In this document: positions 24,951 to 33,866 of the stretch, in pieces
How the letters are laid out: each line of letters begins with the position of its first letter
Numbering within the stretch: position 1 is the stretch's first letter
Assembly (NCBI GenBank): GCA_947084935.1
Contig: CAMTUH010000010.1
Location: 4,538 to 68,537, forward strand
Source: an uncultured Coxiellaceae bacterium
GTDB taxonomy: Bacteria; Pseudomonadota; Gammaproteobacteria; Coxiellales; Coxiellaceae
Direction of reading: 5' to 3'
Length of the DNA stretch: 64,000 nucleotides
Program-made: the position numbers and the translations under genes
Notes under the pieces: generated by a model
Seen by the model: only the letters and a program-made list of their open reading frames with translations
Database searches by the model: none
What the model was told of the DNA's origin: nothing

Positions 24951-27331
24951 AAAAAATAGCCGCGGCATTTTCGACACTGTTTTTATGGATTATTTCAAAC
25001 GCAGCCTGGGCGACGGATTTCACCGATAACACCGCGATGAATAATCATCACGATTTATCGATGGCTTATCTCGGTCAGGTGTTTGGTAGCGTCGGCAATG
25101 TGTTGCAGGGCACCAGCGGCCAGATGCTCGGGCATATATTTTATAAATTTAATGAAGGCATCATCATCGTTGCGGGTTTGTGGTTGGCCTACACCGTTTT
25201 CACGATTGTTTTGCGTGCGGCGCAAGAAGGCTCGTTTATGGGAGCCAATAAAAGTGTGGCCTTGACGTTTTTAAGAATTGCTCTGGGTTTTAGTTTATTA
25301 ATTCCCAGTGCATCGACCGGTTATTCGCTGTTGCAAGATATTGTGATGAAAGTCGTGGTGCAAGGTGTTGGGCTTGCGGATCAAACGTGGGAATACGGTT
25401 TAAAATACCTCGATAATGGTGGCAGCGTGTGGCGTCGTCCCGAAGAACAAGGCGGCGGTAGCGATATTATCAATCAAACAACGGCGCAGAATATTTTGGG
25501 GGAAAGCAATAAGGTGGGTCCCGGTCAGCAAATTTTTGCTGATGAAGTGTGCATGTATTCCAGCAACGATAATCAACCTTCGGCGCGTACTTCCGGTGGT
25601 AATATCGGACCTGCCGTGCAAGGAACTCCAGGAGTTCAATACGATATCGTGACGAACGATGCCAATCATTTATTTCAATTTCCGGGCGTGGGTAATGTCG
25701 AACCGTTGGGGCCCGGTGCGAATAATTGCGGACAAGTCTCCTGGGACATTCAGAATGCGTGTACGGGGAGTGGTTCCAATGATACGAAATGTGCGATGGC
25801 CAAACAAGCGTTGAGTGAATTAGTGACGAGTTTACAGCCTGCTGCGAAAAAATATTACTGTTCACAGCACGCCAATGCCGCTTCGTGTACGGGCACGGGT
25901 ACGGAAAATACAGCGAGCGATAACGAAGAAACATTTTTTAATGGGCTAGTTAATTACGTGAATTTGATCGTGCCGTTGGTACAAAGCAACGTGGGTGGTG
26001 CCGAATCCACAAAACAATTTATCAACGAGGCAGAAAACGAAGGCTGGTTGAGCGCGGGTCGCTATTACTGGGATATGGCGCAAATTCAATCGCAATACGA
26101 TTCGATTTCAGACATCACCAATTATTCGCCGGCCAATGCAGTAGCGCCCACTTTGTCGGGTCAACCGTTGTCGGATGCCAATAGTGCGCTTTCAGAAGCA
26201 CAAAGGTACATGCCAACGGTGTTCAGTACCATTCAAAAGTGGAGTCAATCGGAAAACGCCGGTGATACCGGAGGCGGATTTCAACCACAAGGGGGTGGAG
26301 CTGGCTTTGGATTCATGAGCAGCATTTTAGGTGTTGTGGTGGGCGATATTACTGCCCTCATCATAACATTCACTACGGGAAATGGGGGATTGATGGGCCC
26401 GGACCCGATCATGTTCTTACACCACGTAGGAATGGCGTGCATTGGCTTGGCTGGGGATATTTGGCTTGGGTCATTAGGGTTGCTTGCGGGTGTTTTTTTG
26501 GCGGCGGGTATTTGTAATGCGGAATATAATGCGGGGCCGGCTATGCAATCCGTGGTAGAGTGGGTCAAGCCGTTATTAATGGTACTCGCGACGGCATTCT
26601 GGGGCGTGGGATTTGTGTTGGGTTTCTACGTGCCGATGTATCCTTATATTATTTACACGTTTGGTATTATTGGTTGGATTATCGCAGTGATTGAAGCGAT
26701 GGTTGCGGCGCCGTTGGTGTGTTTCGGACTCACCCATCCCGAAGGACACGATTTTCTTGGTGAGGCTAAGCAAGCATTGATGTTATTGCTGGGTGTGTTT
26801 TTACGTCCGGTGCTAATGGTCATCGGGTTGATTGCAGCGATGATTCTGTCTTACGTTTCATTACGGATTGTCGTGTATACGTTTTCGGGGTTCGCGAGTG
26901 ATCTGTTTTATCAAGCATCATTGGGGATGGCGCCTGCTTCCGGTCCAGCGGATGGAAGTATTTTAGGAGCCGCTGGTACGTTGATGGGGCATTCCATGGT
27001 GGGTTCCGGAAGTATCACTGGATTTGTTCTTTGCATTTTCGTTTTTCCATTGACGTTAATTGTTTTTACCGCGCTGGTTTATACGGTGACGACGCAGTGT
27101 TTCAGCCTGATTTTTGCGTTACCCGATAATATCCTTCGTTGGATCGGTGGGCCGATGCATCAAAGCTCGGCTGCACAAATGGCGCAACAAATTCAAGGTA
27201 CTTTGGGCGGCGCAACCAGCAGCGTGGGCAAAGGTATTCAAGAAAGCAGCGCGGCTCAGGACAAACGCGACGAACTCGCCAAGCAATCTCAACTGGTGCG
27301 GAGTCGTGGAGGCCGTGGGCGCACAAATTAA
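24947..27331 (+). CDS. dotA: Dot/Icm polytopic membrane protein DotA
   Basis: 794 aa. Signal/TM at the N-terminus, a large periplasmic domain, then a cluster of C-terminal TM helices. Position after icmV. Confidence 0.82.
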   Translation: MKKIAAAFSTLFLWIISNAAWATDFTDNTAMNNHHDLSMAYLGQVFGSVGNVLQGTSGQMLGHIFYKFNEGIIIVAGLWLAYTVFTIVLRAAQEGSFMGANKSVALTFLRIALGFSLLIPSASTGYSLLQDIVMKVVVQGVGLADQTWEYGLKYLDNGGSVWRRPEEQGGGSDIINQTTAQNILGESNKVGPGQQIFADEVCMYSSNDNQPSARTSGGNIGPAVQGTPGVQYDIVTNDANHLFQFPGVGNVEPLGPGANNCGQVSWDIQNACTGSGSNDTKCAMAKQALSELVTSLQPAAKKYYCSQHANAASCTGTGTENTASDNEETFFNGLVNYVNLIVPLVQSNVGGAESTKQFINEAENEGWLSAGRYYWDMAQIQSQYDSISDITNYSPANAVAPTLSGQPLSDANSALSEAQRYMPTVFSTIQKWSQSENAGDTGGGFQPQGGGAGFGFMSSILGVVVGDITALIITFTTGNGGLMGPDPIMFLHHVGMACIGLAGDIWLGSLGLLAGVFLAAGICNAEYNAGPAMQSVVEWVKPLLMVLATAFWGVGFVLGFYVPMYPYIIYTFGIIGWIIAVIEAMVAAPLVCFGLTHPEGHDFLGEAKQALMLLLGVFLRPVLMVIGLIAAMILSYVSLRIVVYTFSGFASDLFYQASLGMAPASGPADGSILGAAGTLMGHSMVGSGSITGFVLCIFVFPLTLIVFTALVYTVTTQCFSLIFALPDNILRWIGGPMHQSSAAQMAQQIQGTLGGATSSVGKGIQESSAAQDKRDELAKQSQLVRSRGGRGRTN

Positions 27332-28659
27332 TTCGTAACCAACAACGCCAACGGCAAGGCAAGGAATAGGATACTTAAAAATATCAAGGCGGGGAAAAAG
27401 AAAACGTTGAGCAACGCCACGCCACCGACCAAATAGATCACCAACATCAACGCGGAAAATTGGCTGATTTTAACGATAAATCGATCGAAAGGACGATATT
27501 TAAGGGCACCCCCTTTCGGAATCATCATTTGCGTCAACCACGCGAATGTGTGTCGAGGAGCGATAATCGTTAATAAGCCGAACAATCCTAACACGGAAAC
27601 GATCATCGCGATCCAATGCGGTATTTCGTGGATTGTGTGCGACGACACCCAGAAACACAATAAATAAAAAACCAAGGGCAGTGCACAGGTAGCCAGAATA
27701 ATGGCGCGTAGGGAGTAACCTCGCGATAAACGCGCAATGAATAGACCCGCTACCGGCATCCAACTCAGCCACCACAAAATAGCAAATAATTGCCAATTCA
27801 ACAGCGCTCCCGGTTTCAACAGCGCGAAAAGAAAATGGGGCGTGTTAAACTTCATAGAAAAACCGGTCCCAAAAAACAGCGCCAAAACAATCACGATAAA
27901 TGCTAAAAACACGAACAATCCAAACAGAGCGGTAATCGGTGACAAATCGTATCGGGTTATTAAGTGGTGACTTTGCCGTTTTATGAATTTAGAACTCATG
28001 AAAAAAAGCACCAAGCATGAGAAAATCAAACCAGCAAAATGGGTTTCTTTTAGCGCATTCATATTCGTCGGCGCCAGCGTGGATGCAATCAACAGCGTGA
28101 TCAGAGCAATCGTCGAGCTCAGCGCAAACATCATGGCGGCGCGCGTCGTCGTGTTCACGATTAACGAAAACGGTTTATCCGGTACGGCATTCGGAAAAAA
28201 AGTATTCGCCATCAACGTATTGTGGTCGCGACGAAACCCCAAATACCCGAGGGCACTGGCAATCAGCGCCACTCCAACCCACGGAAAAAGCCCCCTCGTT
28301 AATAAAGTATGTGCGATCGTGTTGCTGAATAAAGGCGGTTTTACGTCAGTAAAAACAGGGAGCGTGTTCCCCGAAAGCACGCAAATTCCCCAGAAAACCG
28401 CGAATAAACTGAGTTCTAGAATAAAAATTTGTGACAGCCATTGTACGGGATTTAGAACCGTCATTCCGTCAGGGATCTTCAATTTTTTATTACCCAATGG
28501 TGAGAAAATCACAACGGCTGCTCCGATGACCCACAGCCAATACCCGTGATAGCTCCAAACGACTTGTGTCATGAAATTTAAAAGCAGAACCAGGCTGATG
28601 ATTATCGAAACGATAACCATAAAAAATAATAATCTAAGTTGTGGCTTTAATAATTTCAT
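27328..28659 (-). CDS. polytopic inner-membrane protein, 443 aa, unknown function
   Basis: About 12 hydrophobic helices. Convergent 4-nt overlap with the dotA stop. Weak BCCT-like flavour (GLFPWVGVALIASALGYLGFRR), not secure. Confidence 0.55.
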   Translation of the reverse strand: MKLLKPQLRLLFFMVIVSIIISLVLLLNFMTQVVWSYHGYWLWVIGAAVVIFSPLGNKKLKIPDGMTVLNPVQWLSQIFILELSLFAVFWGICVLSGNTLPVFTDVKPPLFSNTIAHTLLTRGLFPWVGVALIASALGYLGFRRDHNTLMANTFFPNAVPDKPFSLIVNTTTRAAMMFALSSTIALITLLIASTLAPTNMNALKETHFAGLIFSCLVLFFMSSKFIKRQSHHLITRYDLSPITALFGLFVFLAFIVIVLALFFGTGFSMKFNTPHFLFALLKPGALLNWQLFAILWWLSWMPVAGLFIARLSRGYSLRAIILATCALPLVFYLLCFWVSSHTIHEIPHWIAMIVSVLGLFGLLTIIAPRHTFAWLTQMMIPKGGALKYRPFDRFIVKISQFSALMLVIYLVGGVALLNVFFFPALIFLSILFLALPLALLVTN

Positions 28660-28691
28660 ATTTTACCCATGACAATTGCACTCAAGTGTAG

Positions 28692-28787
28692 CGACGTCCC
28701 GCGGCCCCGGATCGAGTCCGGGGCAAGCTTTTTTGTCCGCGGGATCCAGCGAGTTTCTGGATGCCGCGAACAAGTCGCGGCACGTCG
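28692..28787. repeat. GC-rich REP-like element with an outer stem and two internal hairpins
   Basis: Outer IR CGACGTCCCGCG / CGCGGCACGTCG (11/12). Hairpins CCCCGGA-TCGAG-TCCGGGG (28705..28723) and CGCGGGATCCAG..CTGGATGCCGCG (28738..28768). Lies between the dotB stop and the start of the 443-aa gene. Confidence 0.6.
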
Positions 28788-28821
28788 AAAAGATATAGTT
28801 AAGTGCGATTGCCATGGTATT

Positions 28822-29991
28822 TTACCGAGCATTCATCGATTGATATTTCGCCTGTGCGGATAAAATTTTATACGTGCGTTCTGAAATCAACCCGGCTTGG
28901 TATTTGTGTTCAACATCAACGTGCATGAGTTGCCCGTGTTCCTCGACGAGGCGACGCGTGACGGCCGTGACTTTGTCGGGGTCGGCTTCGAGCAACTGAT
29001 CGCGGATTTTTTCGTTGAACACCAAAAATTCTCTTAATGCCACGCGTCTGCCGTCGACCGATGGAACCAAACGCTGCCAGATCACCAAGCGCATCGTTTC
29101 AATAATGTCGATGGTGCGGCCGATGCGTTCTTCTTTCGGAAAACTGCCAACCAGTCGTCGAATCGTTTCTGCAACGCCGTTGCTGTGTAACGTAGTATAA
29201 ACCGGATGGCCGGTTAATGCAGCTTCTAACACGGCAGAAATAGTCTCGTTGTCGCGCGCTTCACCGACTAAAATTAAATGCGGTTTGCGGCGAAGCGCGT
29301 TTCGAACGCCTGCAGCAAACGAGGGTAAATGCCGCGGAATTTCCGATTGAGAAATCGTGGCGGTCGGTGTTTCGAGCGAATCGTACACGTATTCGATGGG
29401 CGCTTCGTAAGTGAGTATTTTGCGGTTGCTGTTCGGATCTTCTGCAAGCTCTTTTACCATCGCCGCGAGTAAAGTGCTTTTCCCTGAACCCGTGGCGCCC
29501 GTGACGTAAATCACGCCTTCTTGCGGTGCAATTGCATCGACAATCGCTTTTGGCAATTCTAATTTTGATAAAGAAGGCGGTTCTGCGGGAATGGTTCGAA
29601 TGGTAATTTGAATACCTTCCTGACCGTCCACGTGACAGCCGGTACCATTTACCCGGTGTCGAAACCGTTCATTGCGATTGGGGCGTACTTCGTAGTGCGT
29701 GTCTAAATCTACGCCGCGCATAATTTGCGTGGTGCCATTCGGTCCGTAAATCGCGTTGAGTAAGTCGCCGACTTCGGCATTAGATAATTCGCGTCGCGTG
29801 ATTTTTTGAATGCGCCCGTACACTTCGGCGATAATGGGCGATCCCGTTTGAATCGTGATATCCGATGCCCCTAATTGGTGGCAATACACGAGCAAATGAT
29901 CGATGTGCTTCGCTTCAAAGCGCGCAGGTTCCTTCGGATAAAAATCGTCGCTCAATGACTCAACGCTCCATTCGTCAGCACCGGCTTCCAT
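28822..29991 (-). CDS. dotB: Dot/Icm ATPase DotB (PilT/VirB11 family)
   Basis: Walker A GATGSGKST, Walker B-like LILVGEARD, His box TGHPVYTTLH. 389 aa. Confidence 0.9.
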   Translation of the reverse strand: MEAGADEWSVESLSDDFYPKEPARFEAKHIDHLLVYCHQLGASDITIQTGSPIIAEVYGRIQKITRRELSNAEVGDLLNAIYGPNGTTQIMRGVDLDTHYEVRPNRNERFRHRVNGTGCHVDGQEGIQITIRTIPAEPPSLSKLELPKAIVDAIAPQEGVIYVTGATGSGKSTLLAAMVKELAEDPNSNRKILTYEAPIEYVYDSLETPTATISQSEIPRHLPSFAAGVRNALRRKPHLILVGEARDNETISAVLEAALTGHPVYTTLHSNGVAETIRRLVGSFPKEERIGRTIDIIETMRLVIWQRLVPSVDGRRVALREFLVFNEKIRDQLLEADPDKVTAVTRRLVEEHGQLMHVDVEHKYQAGLISERTYKILSAQAKYQSMNAR

Positions 29992-30761
29992 TGATTACTG
30001 TTGGGTTGCAGAGCCGAAGCTGCGGTAATACGCATGATTTCATCGTTAATGCGAATTTGATCCGCATTTCCGGTAACGCCGAGATCGGCCTTCGAAACGA
30101 TCGGCGAAGTAATAATGCCTTCTGACAGTAATTTGCGGTATAAAATCATACCCAAATAATCGCGTTTTAATCGATTTAAATCCGCCTCAAAGATGTCGTT
30201 GGCTTGTTGAAGGCCGTCTTTCCAGCCACTTTGCAAATAGAAATTCCAGACTTGCGCTTCATCTTGATTTACTGGAAGCAGCGTATTATCGGGAACGTCG
30301 GGTTTTTTGAAATTCAGCCACAAATAATTACGCCACGTGGGAGGCGCGGTGACAAAACGAGCCGGGGCAACGATTTTGTAAGTTTTATCCGCCATGCGAA
30401 TGGTGTTACCGTCGTCTAAATTCAAATTACCGTTGGACTCAACGATGACGGGTGGCACGACATTGTGTTTTAACAATAATTGATTGAAATCGAAAACTTG
30501 ATCCATATACGTGGCTTGTTGTTTCAGGGCGCTGTTGATGTGTTCGGCGCGCCACGCTAAAGCGCCGCGAGCGCCGAGTGTGGTTGCCGTTTCACGCAGT
30601 GCTTGCATGCGAATGGGATTAATTAGACCGTTTCCCGTGGGCAATTGATTGATGTTGACGTAACCCAGTTCGGCCATTGGCGCCGATCCCGCGGAAGAAT
30701 TCGCGGCGCAACCCGTTGCTAAGCAAGCCGCGATCAGAATAATGCAAATGGTTTTTCCCAC
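29952..30761 (-). CDS. dotC: Dot/Icm outer-membrane lipoprotein DotC
   Basis: Lipobox LATGC. Collinear blocks with Legionella DotC (LGARGALAWRAEHIN, FNQLLLKHNVVPPV). Confidence 0.85.
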   Translation of the reverse strand: MGKTICIILIAACLATGCAANSSAGSAPMAELGYVNINQLPTGNGLINPIRMQALRETATTLGARGALAWRAEHINSALKQQATYMDQVFDFNQLLLKHNVVPPVIVESNGNLNLDDGNTIRMADKTYKIVAPARFVTAPPTWRNYLWLNFKKPDVPDNTLLPVNQDEAQVWNFYLQSGWKDGLQQANDIFEADLNRLKRDYLGMILYRKLLSEGIITSPIVSKADLGVTGNADQIRINDEIMRITAASALQPNSNQWKPVLTNGALSH

Positions 30762-30770
30762 GCTGACCTC

Positions 30771-31274
30771 TTAACTCGAGTAATAACGCAACTCAATCGT
30801 TCGAGTGGCCGGATAAAGCGTGATATTCGCTTTATTTTCCACTTGGAACGTAGCGTTACGCAAAATATCCGCAAGCGGAACATTGTTCGCATTAATGGCC
30901 ACGATTACCGGAATGGGCGGTTTGTCGCCCAGCACGCGTAAACGGTAATGGCTGGCTTGCGCGATTTTTTTTAGTAACGGCTCAATGGGTCCCGTCCAAT
31001 CCAGTGAAGTTTGTTGCGCCATGCCGATGAGATCGGGATTCAACGGCTCGGCTAATTTCGCTTTCGGATGAGTCGCCAATTGGATGGCGGCGATTTGTTG
31101 TAACGAATGGCCGACGTCCACGGAAGCTTCGGACAGCTGGGCCTGAGCGTTAACGTCGGTTGCTTGGACCGGAGCGCTGTCGGTGGTGATGTACGAATAG
31201 GTTAACTTTTTATGGACGGTACAGCCGGCGAGGATACAGAACAGGGGTATAAGCCACAAGTGTTTTATTTTCAT
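30771..31274 (-). CDS. dotD: Dot/Icm outer-membrane lipoprotein DotD
   Basis: Lipobox ILAGC, 167 aa, first gene of the dotD-dotC-dotB operon. Confidence 0.85.
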   Translation of the reverse strand: MKIKHLWLIPLFCILAGCTVHKKLTYSYITTDSAPVQATDVNAQAQLSEASVDVGHSLQQIAAIQLATHPKAKLAEPLNPDLIGMAQQTSLDWTGPIEPLLKKIAQASHYRLRVLGDKPPIPVIVAINANNVPLADILRNATFQVENKANITLYPATRTIELRYYSS

Positions 31275-31355
31275 AGTCTTGCGATCGCTTGGTATGATAA
31301 CGGTGTTGCAACAAGGTCCTACCCTTTAGTGACCGATCCGTGGCTTATGCGGATC

Positions 31356-31388
31356 ATTCTACGACAGTAACCTTAAGAGAATATTAAG
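31356..31388 (-). promoter_or_regulatory. PmrA-box promoter of dotD-dotC-dotB
   Basis: Minus strand reads CTTAATATT-CT-CTTAAGG-N9-TAGAAT. The -10 ends 81 nt upstream of the dotD ATG. Confidence 0.65.
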
Positions 31389-31436
31389 AAATATCCGTTT
31401 GCTTACCGCGGCACATTTACTTACACTTGCCTCTTT

Positions 31437-32438
31437 TTGATACAAACCGAAGTGAGAAGGCCTGTGGATGAGAAAGAAGTGGGTAATTATCTGCACGGAG
31501 TCGCTAGAGAAATCGCCAGGGAGAGGTCTTCATGGAATGGTCCGAAAGAACTAGGGTTAAAAAATAGAATAAGACAGGAGTTGCTTAATAAAGGGATTAC
31601 ATACCCGGATTTTAAGCGCATTAGTGAAATTCTGGGCGAGCGCTGCGGTAAAGTGGCGGCAAAAGCCGTGAAACGCCTGCGTAGTATATTGAGTTCTTTA
31701 GCCGAGGAGTTGAAGGCAAAAACTCAGAAACGGCCATTTGGCGACGAGGTATGGGAACCTGCTGAAGGTGGACCACCAGCAAAAAGACGAGCGTATGGTC
31801 CGCTGGCCATTACCACAGAGCTGTCAAACACCTTTTCGGAACATTCAGAGCATCTTAACGAGAAAGATGCTCAATTGGTGGATCAACTTTTGGGTGCGAT
31901 GGAGGAACTCAAAGATGGCACAAAGGTAATGGAGCTTCTTCCCTTCTTGGGTTCAGAAAATTCAGAAATAGGCTTGACCCCTGAGCAAGCCGGTACTTTA
32001 TTACAGAATTTAGATGATATGGGAAAAGACTTCGCGGATCCTGATAATATATTTCGCAATTGGCTCAGGACTTTTCTTCCGAAAGAAAACCCTATCTCTT
32101 CTCACACGGATTTACCACAACCTACTTTTGATATGCAGGGGGAGGTATTACCAACATTTGAATTTGCTTCGATGGAAGAGGTCGTCGCTTTTGCAAATGC
32201 ACTCTCAACTCCCGATAAAATAATCACTCGGGTGGACGAAAAACCCACCCGTGCTGCAACCACAGCTGCCACAACTACAGTTAACGTTGAAGTCAGAGCC
32301 CCGTCACCGGCGGGTTCGCTTTATGTTGGGGCCGGCAGCGTTTTTTCGTCTGGAAGTCGTTCTACTGTCAGTATTAGTTCGTGCGAAGAAAAAGGCCCAG
32401 AAACTCAAAAAGAAGGGTCTCGTAGTCCAAAACGTTAG
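31437..32438 (+). CDS. hypothetical protein, about 333 aa; candidate Dot/Icm substrate
   Basis: Long ORF with no TM segment or signal peptide. Acidic, low-complexity C-terminal third ending in a Ser/Glu-rich tail (..SSGSRSTVSISSCEEKGPETQKEGSRSPKR). Start codon uncertain (TTG at 31437 or internal GTGs). Confidence 0.5.
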   Translation: MIQTEVRRPVDEKEVGNYLHGVAREIARERSSWNGPKELGLKNRIRQELLNKGITYPDFKRISEILGERCGKVAAKAVKRLRSILSSLAEELKAKTQKRPFGDEVWEPAEGGPPAKRRAYGPLAITTELSNTFSEHSEHLNEKDAQLVDQLLGAMEELKDGTKVMELLPFLGSENSEIGLTPEQAGTLLQNLDDMGKDFADPDNIFRNWLRTFLPKENPISSHTDLPQPTFDMQGEVLPTFEFASMEEVVAFANALSTPDKIITRVDEKPTRAATTAATTTVNVEVRAPSPAGSLYVGAGSVFSSGSRSTVSISSCEEKGPETQKEGSRSPKR

Positions 32439-32472
32439 TCATACATCAACTCATCCAAAGATACCGTGTCTG
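32436..32472. repeat. 37-bp duplicate of the icmS 3' end (direct repeat of 33868..33904)
   Basis: TAGTCATACATCAACTCATCCAAAGA[T/C]ACCG[T/C]GTCT. The minus strand of this copy would encode ..TVSLDELMYD* versus the genuine icmS ..DAVSLDELMYD*. Confidence 0.8.
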
Positions 32473-32535
32473 GGCTATAGGCGGTTCAGCATTCCCGGCG
32501 AACCGCCCCCAGAGCCTATCTGGGTCAGCATTTAT

Positions 32536-32616
32536 AATAACGATTGGACGCACTTGCAATAACGATTGGACGCTACTAGAATAACGATTAGACGAGAACC
32601 TAATCACGATTGGACG
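32536..32616 (+). repeat. four direct repeats with an exact 22-bp period (AATAACGATTGGACG core)
   Basis: Cores start at 32536, 32558, 32580 and 32602 (variants AATAACGATTAGACG and AATCACGATTGGACG). The last ends 1 nt before the ATG at 32617. Confidence 0.8.
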
Positions 32617-33858
32617 ATGATGGCTGACACCCATTTTAAGCGCTATTCTGCTCGCAAGGTGCAAGAAGCCTTACAGGATACCCCGGTCGTATTCATTATG
32701 GGCCCTAGGCAAAGTGGCAAAACCACCTTAGTAAAGTCATTAATCACGAATCGCTGGGAATACATAACCTTGGATGATCAGGCTCAGTTGGCTATTGCGG
32801 CTGCTGATCCGGTGGGTTTTATAAAAAACTTGCCCGAAAAACCCATAGCCATTGATGAAATCCAGCGGTTGCCCCAAATGCTGCTGAGCATTAAACAAGT
32901 GGTTGATGAAAATCGCATGCCCGGACGATTTTTATTAACGGGATCTGCCAATGCGCTTGTGTTTCCCCAAGTAGCTGACTCCTTAGCGGGTAGGGTAGAG
33001 GCAATACATTTGAATACGCTTTCTGAATGTGAAATTCGAGGTGTGTCGCCCTCTTTTCTATCCATGCTACTGGCTTGCAAGACCCCTTCAGCAAGTGAAA
33101 TTAGGATTAGAGATTATTTGATTAAACGTCTCGTGACAGGCTGTTTCCCCGAGCCCTTACAAAGGAAAACCGAGCGCCGAATTAAAGCGTGGTACAGACA
33201 ATATATCAATTCTTTAATCCAAAAAGACATTAAAGAAATTGAGCAAATTGATCACCCTGAAAAGATGTTAAAATTACTTAAACTCACTGCCTTTTATTCA
33301 AGTAAGCTGGTTAATTTTTCAGAATTAGGAGATAAAGTAGGTTTAGATCGATTAACCACGAAAAAATACATTAATCTTCTTGAACAACTATTTTTATTGA
33401 AACAATTGCCGGCTTGGCATACCAATGAATATAAAAGATTAGTAAAAACGCCTAAATTACATTTAGTGGATACCGGTTTGATTTGTGCGGCCCGAGATAT
33501 CAACAGTGAGTTTCTGTTGCGCCATCCAAAAGAATTGGGCTTTTTATTGGAATCTTTCGTTTATAACGAATTGCAAAAACAAGCGGATTGGTTGGAAGAA
33601 GATATCTTTTTTTACCATTATCGCGATAAGGACAAAAAAGAGGTTGATATCATCATAGAGAATGCACGCGGAGATTGTTTTGCCATTGAGATAAAAGCAG
33701 CGGCTACGTTAAGTTCGAGTGATTTTTCGGGTCTTACACGTTTTCGAGAGATCGCTGGGAAGCGATTTAAGTTTGGTATACTGCTGTATGATGGAGATCA
33801 GACTACCGCGTTTAGTGACGACGTGTTTGCCGTACCTTTTGGTGCGCTGTGGTCGTAA
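32617..33858 (+). CDS. AAA+ ATPase of the AAA_14/DUF4143 family
   Basis: Walker A GPRQSGKTTL, Walker B PIAIDEIQ, sensor LLTGSA. The C-terminal half fits DUF4143 (KLHLVDTGL.., restriction-endonuclease-like tail EVDIIIE). ATG at 32617 preferred over the ORF-track TTG at 32566. Confidence 0.78.
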   Translation: MMADTHFKRYSARKVQEALQDTPVVFIMGPRQSGKTTLVKSLITNRWEYITLDDQAQLAIAAADPVGFIKNLPEKPIAIDEIQRLPQMLLSIKQVVDENRMPGRFLLTGSANALVFPQVADSLAGRVEAIHLNTLSECEIRGVSPSFLSMLLACKTPSASEIRIRDYLIKRLVTGCFPEPLQRKTERRIKAWYRQYINSLIQKDIKEIEQIDHPEKMLKLLKLTAFYSSKLVNFSELGDKVGLDRLTTKKYINLLEQLFLLKQLPAWHTNEYKRLVKTPKLHLVDTGLICAARDINSEFLLRHPKELGFLLESFVYNELQKQADWLEEDIFFYHYRDKDKKEVDIIIENARGDCFAIEIKAAATLSSSDFSGLTRFREIAGKRFKFGILLYDGDQTTAFSDDVFAVPFGALWS

Positions 33859-33866
33859 ATATCGGA

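Noticed and set aside
28669-28863. ORF 28669..28863 (plus)
   Set aside because: It is generated by the REP-like element at 28692..28787 and overlaps the dotB 3' end antisense. There is no RBS.
32536-32616. Interpretation of the four 22-bp repeats as a plasmid replication origin (window being a plasmid)
   Set aside because: The context is chromosomal housekeeping genes and a T4SS locus. No rep or par genes, DnaA boxes or AT-rich unwinding element adjoin the array. It is retained only as an iteron-like binding array of unknown ligand.
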